From Selaginella moellendorffii (Eukaryota; Plantae; Lycopodiophyta), in assembly GCF_000143415.4 (NCBI RefSeq), contig NW_003314264.1:31238-95237 (forward strand): 64,000 nucleotides of DNA. Direction: 5' to 3'. Below, in pieces: positions 1 through 13,456 of the stretch. The notes beneath the pieces were generated by a model. That model was not told where the DNA came from. It ran no database searches and was given only the letters and a program-made list of their open reading frames with translations. A program made the translations under genes and the position numbers. Numbering within the stretch: the first letter of the stretch is position 1; each line of letters begins with the position of its first letter.

Positions 1-1
<1 letters not shown>

Positions 2-48
<47 letters not shown>

Positions 49-78
49 CTGTCTGTCTGTCTCTGTGTCTGTCTGTGT
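2..78. repeat. (CT)n microsatellite followed by (GTCT)/(GT) repeats
   Basis: Directly visible dinucleotide and tetranucleotide run. Confidence 0.95.
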
Positions 79-3000
79 TCATGTGCATGATGGACAGAGT
101 TTTTCATTTTCCAGGCATATGATGCAAAAAAAATGGTGGCTATGGCTTGCATGCTATGCTGTTACACCAGATTGAGATTGCAGTGGCAACAGAGGTTTTT
201 AGTCAGGAACCCATGTATCCGGGCACTCAAACTTCACCGTAGATTATTCTCACAGCAAAGGCGTTAGTCACCATGACTTACAAGATGACTTCTCTCTTTG
301 GTTTTGTAGCTCTATTTTTGCCACAAAGAAGCTTCACAGCAATAAAAAGCATCATGTGGATTCTGGCTTGCATTCCTGCAATGATTCTTGCATGAGGTCA
401 TGTAGATAGGATTGAAAGGCCAGCTTCGCAAACAAAGACAATCTATTTGCGGTACCTTTAGCATTCTTGCTTTCTCTATTGATGTTTACTTGCTCTAGAA
501 CGCTCCTTTAAACAAGCATGGATCGCTTCCAATTCCATGCAGTTTTTACAAGTGAGTAGTTTGTGTTTGTAACTAATAGCAGCAGCCACAAAGCGTCTCT
601 CCAAAAGAGAGCAGGTGGAATACACTGCAACGCTTTATCTCGCAGTGTCCATGACTGAAAGTCTGTACAAAGGTACTGCTTGTGTATTTTATAACACTAT
701 TCACTGATAAACATTGACCTAAACAGATCCAGGAGTGACTGAAATGCGGCAGGATCTGGAAAAATAACGTGTTGGAGATATGATACAATGCTCTGCTATC
801 TAGAGAGGTCATTATGCCAGAACTTATGATAACCTTGAATGCTGACAAGCTTCGAGCAGTTGTTGTCGACTTACAGGTATTCTTATGGTGTTTGTATGTT
901 TGGATTTGATTATGTGTGTACCAGATAGGTTTCATCAAGCAAAACTGACATCCTGCAGCTGCAGCTCAAGGACAGGATTCACCCATGCACCACCAAGTCA
1001 GTCATTTTGCTACCAACATCCATGGCTAGAAACTTTTCACCATTGCATAGGATTGTCATGTCCTACAAAGGGAGCTAGACATGTCTCAGTTGTCCTCAAT
1101 ACCAGGGGGAACGTCTGACACTCCATGTCTATGAACCACACTTCCCTTTCAGCACTCCCTCAACCTGCTCAATTAAAATCAAATCAATTGGTTATTTCCT
1201 TCTTTTCTTATTATTTGAATCTTCCTAATCATACCAGACAATAGAAGGTAAGTTCTAAGATTTTTATTATTCCAGGTGAAGTCAATCATTACTTTTGCAT
1301 AGTCAAGATTAACACCTGGCTGCAACTCTTTGGTTTATTGGGGCTGAAGATAAAAATAGTGGAATTGGTATTTGTGAAAGATAACCAAAGCAAGGGATCC
1401 TCATGATTAGTATGTGAGGTTGGAGGATTGGATACTATTGTATTTTGCCAAAACAGTTCATCTATGATGTATATAGTCCCATCTGTGACTTTTACCATTA
1501 AAAAATGCATTGAGTTTGACATAAAAATGCTTCAACCAACCTGCTAGATTCTTTAATAATTTCAGGGATAGTCAAAGTCTGGCAGGTAGCAAACACATCC
1601 ATGGATGTTTTATTTGTATCTGTGATTTTATGTGTAGCTTGTGCAAAGGCATTCTAGACGGTGTTACTAAGTATAAGAATTTTGAAGGGTAGTCCAACAT
1701 TATAAAACACAAATGCCTAAGTCCCAAAATGGAGCTAAAGGTGTGCCATATGGTAGTGGCTGAAGCTAAAATCTTGCAAGTGTAATATGTCTGGACCGAA
1801 AGCTCTAACTCAGAAAGTCGAGAGCTATGAAGGAACTCCTAAAGAAGTGCTTAAGGAACAAACAGAAAGCGATTGATAAACAAATCTCTAGAAAGGGACA
1901 AAAGAAGGAATGGCACATGGTAAATTGTGATACATGGAGGTGTTAAGACTAAGTTTTAGACTAAGTCCAAGATTGAGTTTGAGATCAAGGTTGATACTGA
2001 GTTTGAGATTAAGTCCAAAATGGAGTTCAAGACCAAGATTGAGATAAAAACTGACTTGAATGCAAGTTGGTGTGGTGTCCACATTCTGTTTCTTGATTTT
2101 CATGTATACCACTCAAAAATCTTGTGGTACAAGAGTGTCCTTGACAATTTATTGATCTTGTTTAGTTCAAACCATTCTATCAGTTTCTATTGTAATGCAA
2201 TCTCTTCCTCACTCTTATTGAAATAAATACTTTGATGAAGGTTTTCTAGGTGATGTGGCGAAGTAGCAGTAGTTTTTGAATGCCTCTATTTCATCCCAAT
2301 CTAGTGTTGAGTTCTCATTTCTACAAAGGCAGATAATTGTGTCTCTTTTATATGTGTTCAAATATATATTTGACACATTTTGTCATGGGTATTGAAAGTT
2401 ACCTGTCAGTGAATCCTTTCAGATATTCTTTCCTTACTATCACAATAACAGGAGGTCAGTGCTAGACTCTTAATCTCCACTTAAGTTAGTTGAGAAATTG
2501 GTCATCATGTATGTACTTATGTTGGATAAGCCTAAAGTAAAAACTCCTATATGTTTCTTGTTGAGCATACTCGGCCAAGTATAAGTAATTCATATGTTGG
2601 CTTGCACTTGCTAGTGTTGGAAACCCTTGCAATATTGAGTTTGGTCCCTCAATACTCGCTAGTGATAGCATACCATGTCTGCCAAGATATCATTTCCCCA
2701 TTTGTTGGTTCCATATGGTCTTATTAGCTATTTATGGAAAGTGTCTAAATTTGCTAATTTAGCATATGTCTAGAATGTAGAAATTATCTGGAACACAATA
2801 GTGTTGTTCCCGTGTCTAAATTCACAATCTAGTGCCATTTAGTATTAAGTAAGTTTTCATAACCCTAAACCCTAAAGGGGGGGTTGTTCTAAATGTATAG
2901 GGATAGTGGGTAGATCAACTTGAGGCATAATCTAGCCTCTGCTTGCGTGCATATCCTTGTTCTATGTCCAAGCCCAAGTGTCAAACTCTATTTAGCTCTG

Positions 3001-3639
3001 TTTTGTGTTTTGGTCTTGACATTAGGATGTTGGAAGCTTTTGGACTGCTCCAATGTCATTCCGTGCTTTTGTCCCTTCACTCCTTAGGCTGTACACTTGG
3101 GAGTCACTCTATGCTCTTGTCTCTTTGGACTATATATTTGGGAGTTGTCCATACTTTAGTTTCCTATGCTTCTTAGCTATATGCTTAAGAGTTTGGCTCT
3201 GTACTTTCATTTAGTGGCCCAAGGCCCTAAACTTAGGTTCTGCTTCACTACCCTTGGCCCACGTATCCAAGGGTTAAGGTTCTACTCCGTGGTTATCCTA
3301 TAGCAAACCACTATAGGATAAAGGGTGAAAACCATGTGTGTTACATTTGGTATCAAAGAATGAGTCCTAGTCACATTGAGCAACTAATCTCATTGCATAT
3401 GCAAAGGTAAAAATGATGATTTGAGTGGGTATAAATTTGGGTGCTATAACTTCGCATTCATTCCTTGGGTATAGATTTTTGTTACCTTTTTATATCATAT
3501 TGTGTGAGCTTGCATTTGGGCCCATAAAATGGATTGAGATGTTTCATTTACATGAGTTTGTGCTTGAGCTCGTGAGTGAGGAATATTAGCAACTCAAGCT
3601 ACACTTTGAGTTGGCAAAATTAATGTTACTATATCATTG

Positions 3640-4501
3640 TATAGCGCATATAATCATGGGATGAGATTTGGATATACTTGTAAGCAACCAAAGAAAACAA
3701 CTTGAGAGGCAATCCATAAGGGTTCAAATATAGAGGGAAAGGGCCCATGAATAAAAGTGCACCCCCTTTTCCAATTGGTTAAAGGTTTTGGGATACTTAG
3801 GGTTAAGTGTCCTTGGGTTTGAATAGTACTGGGTTGGGTGACCTTCCGGAAAGTCCAAACTTAGAAGCTTACAATACTGCCACTGTGGATCCCTGGAACC
3901 TTGAGGATAAATGGGGATAAAATAGCCATTAAGTGCTCTCTCATCAAGCAATTGCCCCTTTTTTTGTTGGCTTAAGGGGAGAGAGATAAAGTGCGCTACA
4001 TGTGGTATTGGAGCAAATGGCATGGGTTTGATTAATGGCTACTTAAAAATGTAATATACCCTTGAGTAAGGTATATTCTTACCCATAAATTTAAAATCGT
4101 ATATATTGGGCATCCATGCGTACGTCCTTCCTCTTGTGTGGAGTATCCATGGATGAAGGTATCCACTGTAGGACCACGATACGGGTGGATGACTAGTTGT
4201 TTCACATGGAATAGCTAATCTACACAATGGAAGGATTGGTAGAATTAGTGTGGAAATGGAAATGCTGGTTTCCCTTGTCTTAGTAGGGGTTGTTAGTCAA
4301 TAGTCAATGAGGACATTGACATCTTTGAAGGAGGGGTGAGTGTAGTGTATGTGATCATGAGATGAGATTTGGATATACTATCACTGTGGATCTTTGGAAC
4401 CTTAGGGATAAATGGGGATAAAATAGCCACTAAGGGCTCTCTCATCAAACAATTAACCCTTTTTCAATTGGCTTAAGGGGAGAGAGATAAGGTGCACAAC
4501 A
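3640..4501 (+). mobile_element. TRIM, older copy of the 45110-45782 element
   Basis: LTRs 3640-4000 (interrupted) and 4341-4501; PBS TGGTATTGGAGC 4003-4014; PPT GAAGGAGGGGTGAG 4327-4340; TSD CATTG/CATTA; reverse-complement match to 45110-45782. Confidence 0.9.
3679..3873 (+). mobile_element. Cassandra solo LTR carrying a 5S rRNA-derived segment
   Basis: TG...CA ends, TSD ATACT on both sides. GTTAAGTGTCCTTGGG...TAGTACTGGGTTGGGTGACC...GGAAAGTCC resembles the plant 5S internal control region. Confidence 0.9.
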
Positions 4502-4992
4502 CATTAGTTACCATGAGTTGTTCTATATTACCATAGGTAAAAGTAAATTGGGTTTTCTATGAATGGTTAATAGGCTAGTCTATAATTATTTAGCATAGCA
4601 CCAGTAGATCCTTCCTAGTCATGATTATAAGTGGATCAATCAAGACTATAAGGATTATGTGAGATATAAAATCCCTAGGTCTTAAAGAAGAGCTGAAAGG
4701 GTGCCACGTGGTAGTGGCTAAAGCAGAAACCAAATGAGGGTAACACATTTGGACTAAAAGCTCCGACTTGAAAGGTCGAGAGCAGAATGAGCACGAAGCA
4801 AATAGTAATCAAGTCTCTAAAAAAGGGACATAAGGGGACCAACACATGACACATGGAGGAGTTTGAGACGGAGTCTGAGATGGAGTCTAAAATAGACCCA
4901 AGATGGAGTCCGAGATGGAACTGAGACCAAGACCAAGTCCGAAATCGAGACCGAGACTAAGTCTGAGTTTGAGTCTGAGTTCGAATACTAAT

Positions 4993-5375
4993 TGTAAGCT
5001 TCTAAATTTGGACTTCCCGAGAGGTCACCCAGCCTAGTACTATTGAAACCCAAGGACGCTTAACCCCAAATATCCCAAGACCCTTAACTGATTGGAAAAA
5101 GGGGTTGCACTCTTATTCATAGGCCCTTTCCCTCTATATTTAAACCCCATGGACCGTGTCTCGAGTTCGACTTTGTTGGTTGGCTAGGGGAATCACACCA
5201 TATGTTAATTGACATCTAGCTGGTCTAGTTTGCTCCTGCTGGGCTTGACACAAGGGGTAGGGTGTCAAGAGAGTCCTCCAGAATAGGGCTTATGGAGGTT
5301 GTGAGTGAGACTCCTCCAAGTGGTCAAAGGTTTGGTTAAGTGACTAAAGTAGAATAGAAAAATTAGTTGCTTACA
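4993..5375. mobile_element. Chimeric Cassandra/family-B insertion with TSD
   Basis: Minus-strand Cassandra LTR, then plus-strand Cassandra internal sequence (matches 46741-46845), then the family-B LTR 3' end; TSD CTAAT at 4988-4992 and 5376-5380. Confidence 0.8.
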
Positions 5376-7781
5376 CTAATACAAGCTGTTGGGTGAAAGC
5401 CCAAAGCAATCATCCTCTGTGGGGAGGGGGCTGTGAGGGGTTCCATAGTAGGGAGAGTGTGGGGGTTGGACTCTAGTGTAGCCAGTTTGGCCAGAAAAGG
5501 TCAGTGTGACTAGAGAGGTACATGCATTTTGCATTGTGATTTTTGCAAAGGCATTTCTTGAGTTAGGAATTGAGATTAGGATTTTTCCCAGTCCAAATTC
5601 CTAACTTGGATGATTGGGTATGTAGTGGATATATAGGCTAGTGATAGCACGCCAGACCTATCCCTTTTTTGTCTTTTTATATCCTTGGCCATAATAACAT
5701 ACACTCCATTTGCTTAACATTTACTCTTCTCTTCCATGCCTATCTTACTCACTGCCTTCTAGGGATCAAGGCTATAAGATGTAGATTAATCTCAGCATCA
5801 ACATCTTTGTGGCAACACATGGCTAAGTATTTCTTTCCTTTTTATGTTTGGATCTATTCACAAGATCATTATAGAGGTGATTTTGTAGTTCTCCAGTGAC
5901 CAAGGATGTGGTCACATGGTGAGGAAGTCCCAGAGAATAAGGGAACTTAGTGGTCGGGCCTGTGGGCCTTGATCTAGTGGTAGTGTTGGCAAACATGGCC
6001 ATGGATAAAATGGGATTTGGTAGGGACTGAAAAAGGGATATTAGGAAAGGTTATTCCCATGTCTCAGGCATCCTAAGGATGCTAAGGAGTGGATTTGGGA
6101 TAACCACTTATGGACAGATGGCTCAGTCTTTAAGAGATGGGATTATGATGTAGGTGGTGTTAGATCACTAGTGTAACAAAGGTGAATAGACATGGCTTTA
6201 ATGTAATGGACTAATATGTTGGTGGTACCTTTGGGTGTCAGTAATGAGATCAAACACGTGGAGCACTTGGACCAAGTGCAAAGGTTGAGTGGCATGGATG
6301 CCATTCTTGGGGCTAGCAAGCCCCAAGTCCTAAATTGGACTTGTGGAGGTTGTGAATGAGACTCCTCCAAGTGGTCAGAGGTGTGGTTAAGTGATTAAAA
6401 TAGAATGGAAAAATTAGTCGTTTACAATTTAGTATCAAAGTTATTCCTTAGTCTAACTTTTATTAGTGCTCAAGTATATCACCACTTGTGTTGGCATCGG
6501 AAGGTCCTAAGAATGGGCTTATCCTTGAGTAGCAGGTTGGGAAGACATGGCTCTCCACTACAGTTCATGTGTGAACTTGTAAACAAGGTGGTGGATAGAA
6601 AAGGGCCAATAATGGAATGATTTTGGGATCTTGGGAACAGTATAAAGTTTTCCTTAGAGAGTTAAGGATGTGATCCAAATGAGTGTTTGATTTAGCAAAC
6701 TAGCTATTGTAGTTATGACAAACAACTATAGTTAGGATCATAGGAAAGATAGAGACTCCAAAACAATAAAAGAGTCACAATATTATCCTTATATAGTGAA
6801 AGTTGGTGCTCATGAATTTGAGACCAGAATTAATGACCATAAAGTCAAATACGGATGAGGACACAAATCCTTGAATTGGTAATTGGGGCTACATTTTATA
6901 AATGTTGGAACAAACCTAAGGAGTTGGGGATGTACTTAGAGGATAAGTTGATATTTTCATCATATGGACAGATAGTCCTAAGGGGCAAAGGTAGCCCATA
7001 GGGAATGGAAAATAATCAAGTGTTGGAGTAACACTTGAAAAGATGGTCGTTATGAGTAGGACATGAATACAAGAAGTTGTATTCTAGTAAGCTAGCACCT
7101 CAAAAGTAGAACCTTATAGGTCATCAGATTAACAAAGTCTAAAGAAGCTAGATGACTCAAGTAGAGTCAAGAAATGGTAGAAGCATTTTGACCGAGATAT
7201 GTTATGCCCCACAAAGGATGGGAAGGATCATAAGATCCAAGTATGAGAATAGTGGGTATCTCATTGATCGCAGAATGTGCCATTCTAAAGTTGTGGGAAA
7301 GGTGTTCCCAGAAGAAAGCAACTTTGATACAAAACTATGTGTAAATACTATGGTGCAGTGCTAATAGATAGTTGGCATGAGAAACAACTATATTGGTCTT
7401 GGCAAAAATCTAAACACAAGTAAAAAGTGTCATAAAAGTAGGCTCGTGGAGCGGATGGTGTAGAGACACCAAATGTGCCAAAGTATGATGCCTTGAGGTC
7501 AAGTTAGCAGGTTCATGAGAACCCCTTCCCAAAGGAATTTTAATAGAAATGGGAATGGCATAGCTTAAGTTGGAAGGCATGTGGTTGGAGTGTGGTGACC
7601 CAAATAATGATGGAGGTGTGGAAGTATCAGCAATGAGTTGTAAGACTTGACAACTATAAGGTAACAAAGCAAAAGGTACAAAATAATTGATTAAATTGGT
7701 AGAAAGTATCTACCCAAGACTTCTTATTTGGATAAGGTAGTTAGATATACGTTTATGAATATTGCGATATAGTAAGTCAAT

Positions 7782-8381
7782 TGTAAGGAACTAACTCCCT
7801 GAGGTGTCGTAGGCTAAAAGGATCCCCAAAAGCATGATAAAGAGTTCATTAGATGGGACCGAGTCTAAAATCAAGACTGACTCTGAGACCGAGTTCGAGA
7901 TAGAGTCTGGGATCGAGTCCGAGGCCGACTCCGAGACCAAGTTCGAGATTGAGTTCAAGATGGAGTCTGAGATCCGAGATTGGGTCCAAGACCAAATCCG
8001 AGGTCGAGTCCGAGATCGGGTCCGAGATTGAGTCCGAGACCAAGTCCCAGATCGAGTTTGAGATTGAGTCCGAGACCAAGTCCGAGTACTAATACAAGTT
8101 GAGGGGTGAAAGCCCAAAGCGTGTGTCTCCTGGGGCGGGGGGGCTGCAGGGGGTTCCAAAAGTATAATAGGGATAGTGAGGTCCAGGAACTAGTCTTGAA
8201 TGAACTCTCACGTGGTACTTCCAAACTGACTTGAGGTTGAGATTGCGGCCGACGGGCCTTGGGTGGGAGTGAGCATGGACTTGGGTGGTGCCATAGGGGC
8301 CACCCAAGGAACTGCTTAACAGAAGCTCCCGTTCTCGAAAGGGAAATCGACTGCGGTGCTCCCGGCTCATGAGGAGTGGTG
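7782..8381 (+). mobile_element. Family A LTR, 5' part, interrupted
   Basis: Starts TGTAAGGAAC and is collinear with 54652-55313. Confidence 0.9.
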
Positions 8382-11300
8382 TGTAAGCCACAAATTTTTC
8401 TTTTCCAATTTGCCAGCTTACCTCGTATATCCGACCAACACTACCTTGGCTTGTGCTAAGTTCCCTCGCCAAGGTTCCCGCCTATTGTACCAGCTCCTAC
8501 TTGGTCGTACTTGGTTTCAGCTACTCACTACACGAGCATTAGAGCATTAGCCATCCATCCACGGATTCCCAAATCTCTCCCAATCCCCCTCCCCGGGTTA
8601 GACTGGACTTAAGGTTCGGCTACACTCCCCGCAGGCACAAGCAGCCAAACACACCAAGCCTCCAGGTTCCTAACACCCCTTGGTACAACAAGACTTGATC
8701 ATGGGACCCTCTAAATCCCAAGCCTTGGGTGCAACACTTGCTTCGGGACATCGGGGTGAAACACCGTGGCCTAACAGCCCGGTATGGGTACTTCTACCCC
8801 CCCACTTCCATCCTGAAGGGAAGGCCCAAGCCCCTAGGAAGGGCAAGGACCAATGAGCCACAAGGTACTCACGTGGGGCACCACTCCACATGAGCAGGGA
8901 GCACCGCAATCGGTTTCCCTTTTCGGGAGTGGGAGTTGCTCTTGAGCACTTCCTTGGGTGGCCCCTCCGGCACCACCCAAGCCCATGCTCACTCCCACCC
9001 AAGGCTCCTCGGCCCCAGTCTCAACCTCAAGTCAGTTTAGAAGCACCACTAGAGAGTTCCTTCAAGATTGGTTCCTGGACCTCACTATCCCTACTATACT
9101 TTTGGAACCCCCTACAGCCCCCCATGGGAGATGCACGCTTTGGGCTTTCACCCCTTGACCCGTATTAGTATTTGGACTTAGTCTCGGATTCAATCTCGGA
9201 CTCGATCTCTAACCCGACTTTGGACTCGGACTCGGTCTCAGAGTCGATCTCGGACTCGATCTCGGACCCGATCTCAGACTCAACTTCGGACTCAACCTCG
9301 GACTCGGTCTCGGACCCGATTTGGATCTCGAACTCTGTCTCGAACTCGGTCTCGAACTCGGTCTCCGATTCGGCCTCGGACTCGATCCCGGACTCTATCT
9401 CGAACTTGGTCTCAGAGTTGGTCTTGGACTTGATCTTCGACTTGGTCCCATCCCATGAACTCTTTGTCATTTCGGTCATGCTTTTGGGGATCCTTTAGCC
9501 TACAACACCTCGGGGAGTCGGTTCCTTACAACTCCACCACCCATAGAAGTTCAATGCCCACATCAAACGTTTCTTTTTATCCTACGACTTGTTGACCATG
9601 TCTCCGGGGGCATTCCCCCACTTAGCGGTGTGCCTAAGTTAGTCTCCCCGGCCAAGAGCCCATGACAACGGAATATAGGTATCCCTATACCCCTCACCTC
9701 ACCACGCCCTAGTATGGGGTCGGGACTTGAACCTAGCCTTGCTTTACTAGGGGCTTGGGACTCGAACCCAACCTCTGTAGAATATGTCTATGGATTTGAC
9801 ATCCCTGTGGGGAGTCAGGCGTAGTGCCCTACGCCTGGTCGACCTAGCCAACCCATGCTAATTAGCTTACCTTTGGCGTGCCTTCAAGTCCCAACATATG
9901 CCATTGCTCAACTTCACAAATTGATATTTGAATTGAACTTTGCATAAGTACATAGAGTTCTGCCTTGCAGAAATTCCTCCACTAGATCTCGCGCGTTCGC
10001 TAGGTTCTCCTCCAGTTCCCATGTTGCTTCGCAGTGTGGAAATCCTTTCCACTTCACATGGAACTCTCTCACCTTGCGTCCTTGTCACTTCCTCTTGCGC
10101 ACATTGAGGATGGCCTCGACTTCGTATTCCTCTTTCCCTTGGATAACCTTAGGTAAAGGTCTTACTTGGTCCTTGGGAAGCGAATCCTCAAAGTACGGCT
10201 TGAGTAAGTTCACATGGAACACGGGGTGCATCTTCCCCATCTCTCGAGGAAGTTGGAGACGGTAAGCCACTTTACCAATTCGTGCCTCAATCTCGTAAGG
10301 CCCCGCGAACCTTCTTAAGGAACTCAAGATCAATTCACTTACAGGAATACATGCATTTTTACCTTTGGGTCAACTTCCGGCTGATCCCACTTGGTAGCTT
10401 GAGGTTCTTGGTGTTTAGCCACACCTTCTCCTTAGCTTGGAACTCTACGTCCCGACACTTATGGTTAGCATATTTGGTTTGCCTTTGTTGAGCCCGTTCC
10501 AAGGAATCCCTCACTAGATTCCAAATGTTGAGTCTCTCCGTTGTGAATGCCTCCACTGCAGGTAACTCTCCATAATACTCGGCCACGCCGAGTTCCATAG
10601 GACTTTCAATAGCTCGCCCATTGATGACTTCCCATGGACTCACCCCGATACTCAAATGTGGTGAGTTGTTATAACACATGTCCGCAAGTCCCAAATGACT
10701 TACCCAATCGGTCTGGTCTCCCGAGACATAGCATCGCAAATAATCCTCCAGCTGCCTATTCACCCTTTCTGTTTGTCCGTCTGTCAAGAAGTGTTAGTGC
10801 CATTAAACTTGACTTAATACCCAATACCTATCTGTGGGTGATAGGCTGTGCTGAATTTTAGCTTGGTGCGATACTGTTCCAGGAGAGTCCTCCAAAACCT
10901 ACTAGTGAAGATTTTATCTCAATCTGAGATGATCTCTTCCGGCCTTCCCCGCACTCGAACCACTTGTTCGAAGAACAGCTTCGCCACACCTTCCGCATCC
11001 ACTTCCGTTGTGGTGGGTATGAAATTTGCCATTTTAGAAAATCGGTCCACCACCACGAATATCGCATCAAACCCCTCGCTTGGGGGGAGTCCCGTGATGA
11101 AGTCCATTGTGAGACATTTCCACGGACGATCTGGAATTGGGATTCTTTGCAACAAGCCCCCACTAGCCTTAGTCACGGCTTTTACCTGCTGACATGTTGA
11201 ACATGTCTTTACATAGTCTTGGACGTCCTTAGCCATATCTTGCCAATGGTACTTCCTCTTGAGTAAGCCCATCATCTTGGGCACTCCACCGTGTCTCGCA

Positions 11301-11833
11301 AGAGGTCTGTCATGACACTCTTCTAAGGTTACCTTCCTTAGTTCCCCTTTTGGAACATACACCCTCGTTTGCTTGTAATATATGAGTCTGTTGCATTCCA
11401 CATAGCCCGTTTTCTCTTCCGTTGGTAGCTCCCCTCTCTAGTGAGCTTCTTGTGCCTCTAGATTCCTTAGCAACACTTCTTGTGCTAAACCATCATTCTC
11501 ATATGTTGTCCGGACATCGTCCCAAAAGGTTGCTATCGCACTAGATATCGCCAACTTCAAGCTCACTTTTCGACTTAGCGCATCTGCCATGATGTTGCTC
11601 TTCCCAGGCTTGTACAGAATCTCGCAATCAAACTTGGCCAAGGCATTGGCCCACCGACCCTGTTTCCCTCTCAAGTTGGGCTGTGACAAGAAGTGTTTCG
11701 TTGCCACATTGTCCATGTAACCTTGAAGTGTCTCCAAGGGTAGTGTTGCCACTCCTTGAGCGCCTTGACCACCACAAACAATTCCTTCTCGTGGGCAAGC
11801 CACTTTCGCTGAGCCTTGTCCAACTTCTTTGAG
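8382..11833 (-). mobile_element. Older family A copy, 3' half (RNase H, integrase, chromodomain, 3' UTR, PPT, 3' LTR 8382-9530)
   Basis: ORF pieces 10085-11803 match the polyprotein at 55859-60631 but carry stops and frameshifts; PPT 9531-9542; both introns present at 10781-10827 and 10311-10362. Confidence 0.95.
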
Positions 11834-11947
11834 AGGAGAGTTCTTTCAAAACTAGTTCCTACACCTCACTATCCGTAATATACTTTTGGAACCCCTTGTA
11901 GCCCCCCCCCCCGGGAGATACACGCTTTGGGCTTTCACCCCTCGACC

Positions 11948-13088
11948 CCACGGATAAGAGGGTTAAGTTGGCAAGTAGTATGGGAAACAATGTATACTAT
12001 AACTATTGTAAAGTAGGACACTTTTCGAGGGAATGTCCCTACCCAAAAAAGGCCAGAGCCAATATGGCCGTTAAGTTAAGTGAAATCCAAACTGAGGCAC
12101 ATAATCTAGTCCCTAACTCAAAGTTACTCATTACACAAGCAACTTTGGTACAGAGTCGTTCATGACATTTACTAACCCTCCGAGGGAAGCTCAGAGGTAG
12201 CTTTGTTAAGATATTTATTGACACAGGTGCTTCGGATAATTTTGTGGCTGCAGACATAGTCCGGCAAGCCGGACTAACAAAAAAGAACAAGTACTATTTG
12301 CTAAGGATCAAGGACTTGTTCGATAGGTTGGGAAAGGCAAAATACTTCTCAAGGATTGACCTAAGGTCAAGATAATACCAGATCAGGGTAGCAGAGGAAG
12401 ATGTCGAGAAGACAACTTGTCAGACAAGGTATGGGAGCTTTGAGTTTCTGGTGATTCTCTTTGGGCTGTGCAATGCGCCAGCAACATTTTTGGTATTGTT
12501 GAACCACATCTTTGTACCCTATCTAGATCACTTTGTGTTCATCTATATTGACGACATCTTGATCTATAGTGAGACACTAGAGGAGCATGCCGAACACTTG
12601 ACAAAGGTGTTTGAGAAACTAAGGGAACACAAGTTGTATGTTAAAGAGAGAAAATGTGACTTTGCTCAACAAGAGGTAAAGACGAGCATGTGGTGGGCAA
12701 AGACGAGCTCAAGGTGGACCCTGAAAAGGTCCAAACAATCTAGGAATGGGAGCGACCATTGAATGTACATGAGTTGAGGGCATTCTTGGGGCTATGCAAC
12801 TACTACCAAAAGTTTATGAAACACTATTCGAGAGTAGCCCTACTCTTAACGGACCAAGCAGGTAAAGGGAAGATGGTGATGAGAAGTGGAATGTGAGGCA
12901 AAATTTGTCCACCTTAAAGCGAAGTTGAGGAAGACCCCCCGTGTTGGCATTACCCAACTTTGGTAAGGACTTTGAGGTAGAAATGGATGCTTCGGACTTT
13001 GTGTTGGGTGCAGTTTTGAATCAAGACAACCATCCAATGGCATTCTTCTCAAAGAAGTTGGATAAGGTTTAGCAAAAGTGACCTACCC
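11948..13088 (+). pseudogene. Family A gag-knuckle/protease/RT fragment with an internal deletion
   Basis: Matches 56909-57240 joined to ~57955-58767; motifs [18 protein letters not shown] and YIDDILIYS; premature stops. Confidence 0.9.
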
Positions 13089-13456
13089 AAGGTCGAGTAT
13101 GAGATCGGGTTTGAGATCGAGTTCGAGACCAAGTCTGAGGTCAAGTCTGAGATCGAGTCTGAGATCTAGTTAGAGACTGAGTCCGAGTACCAATACAAGT
13201 CGAAGGGTGAAAGCCCAAAACATGTGTCTTCGGGGGGCGGGTTGGGGAGGGGCTGCAGAGGGTTCCAAAAGTTTAGTAGGGGTAGTGAGGTCCAGGAACC
13301 AATCTTGAAGGAACTCTCTAGTGGTGCTTCCAAACTGACTTGAGGTTGAAACTGGGGGTGAGGGGAGTGAGCATGGACTTTCCAATGCCAATAACAATGG
13401 TGATATACTTGAGTACCAATAAAAGTCGAATTAAGGAACAGAAGCCGATACCAAGT

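Noticed and set aside
12270-12290. The ~715-bp PR-RT deletion as a spliced, retrotransposed product
   Set aside because: The deleted segment (~57241-57954) does not have GT...AG ends; the junction shows only short microhomology
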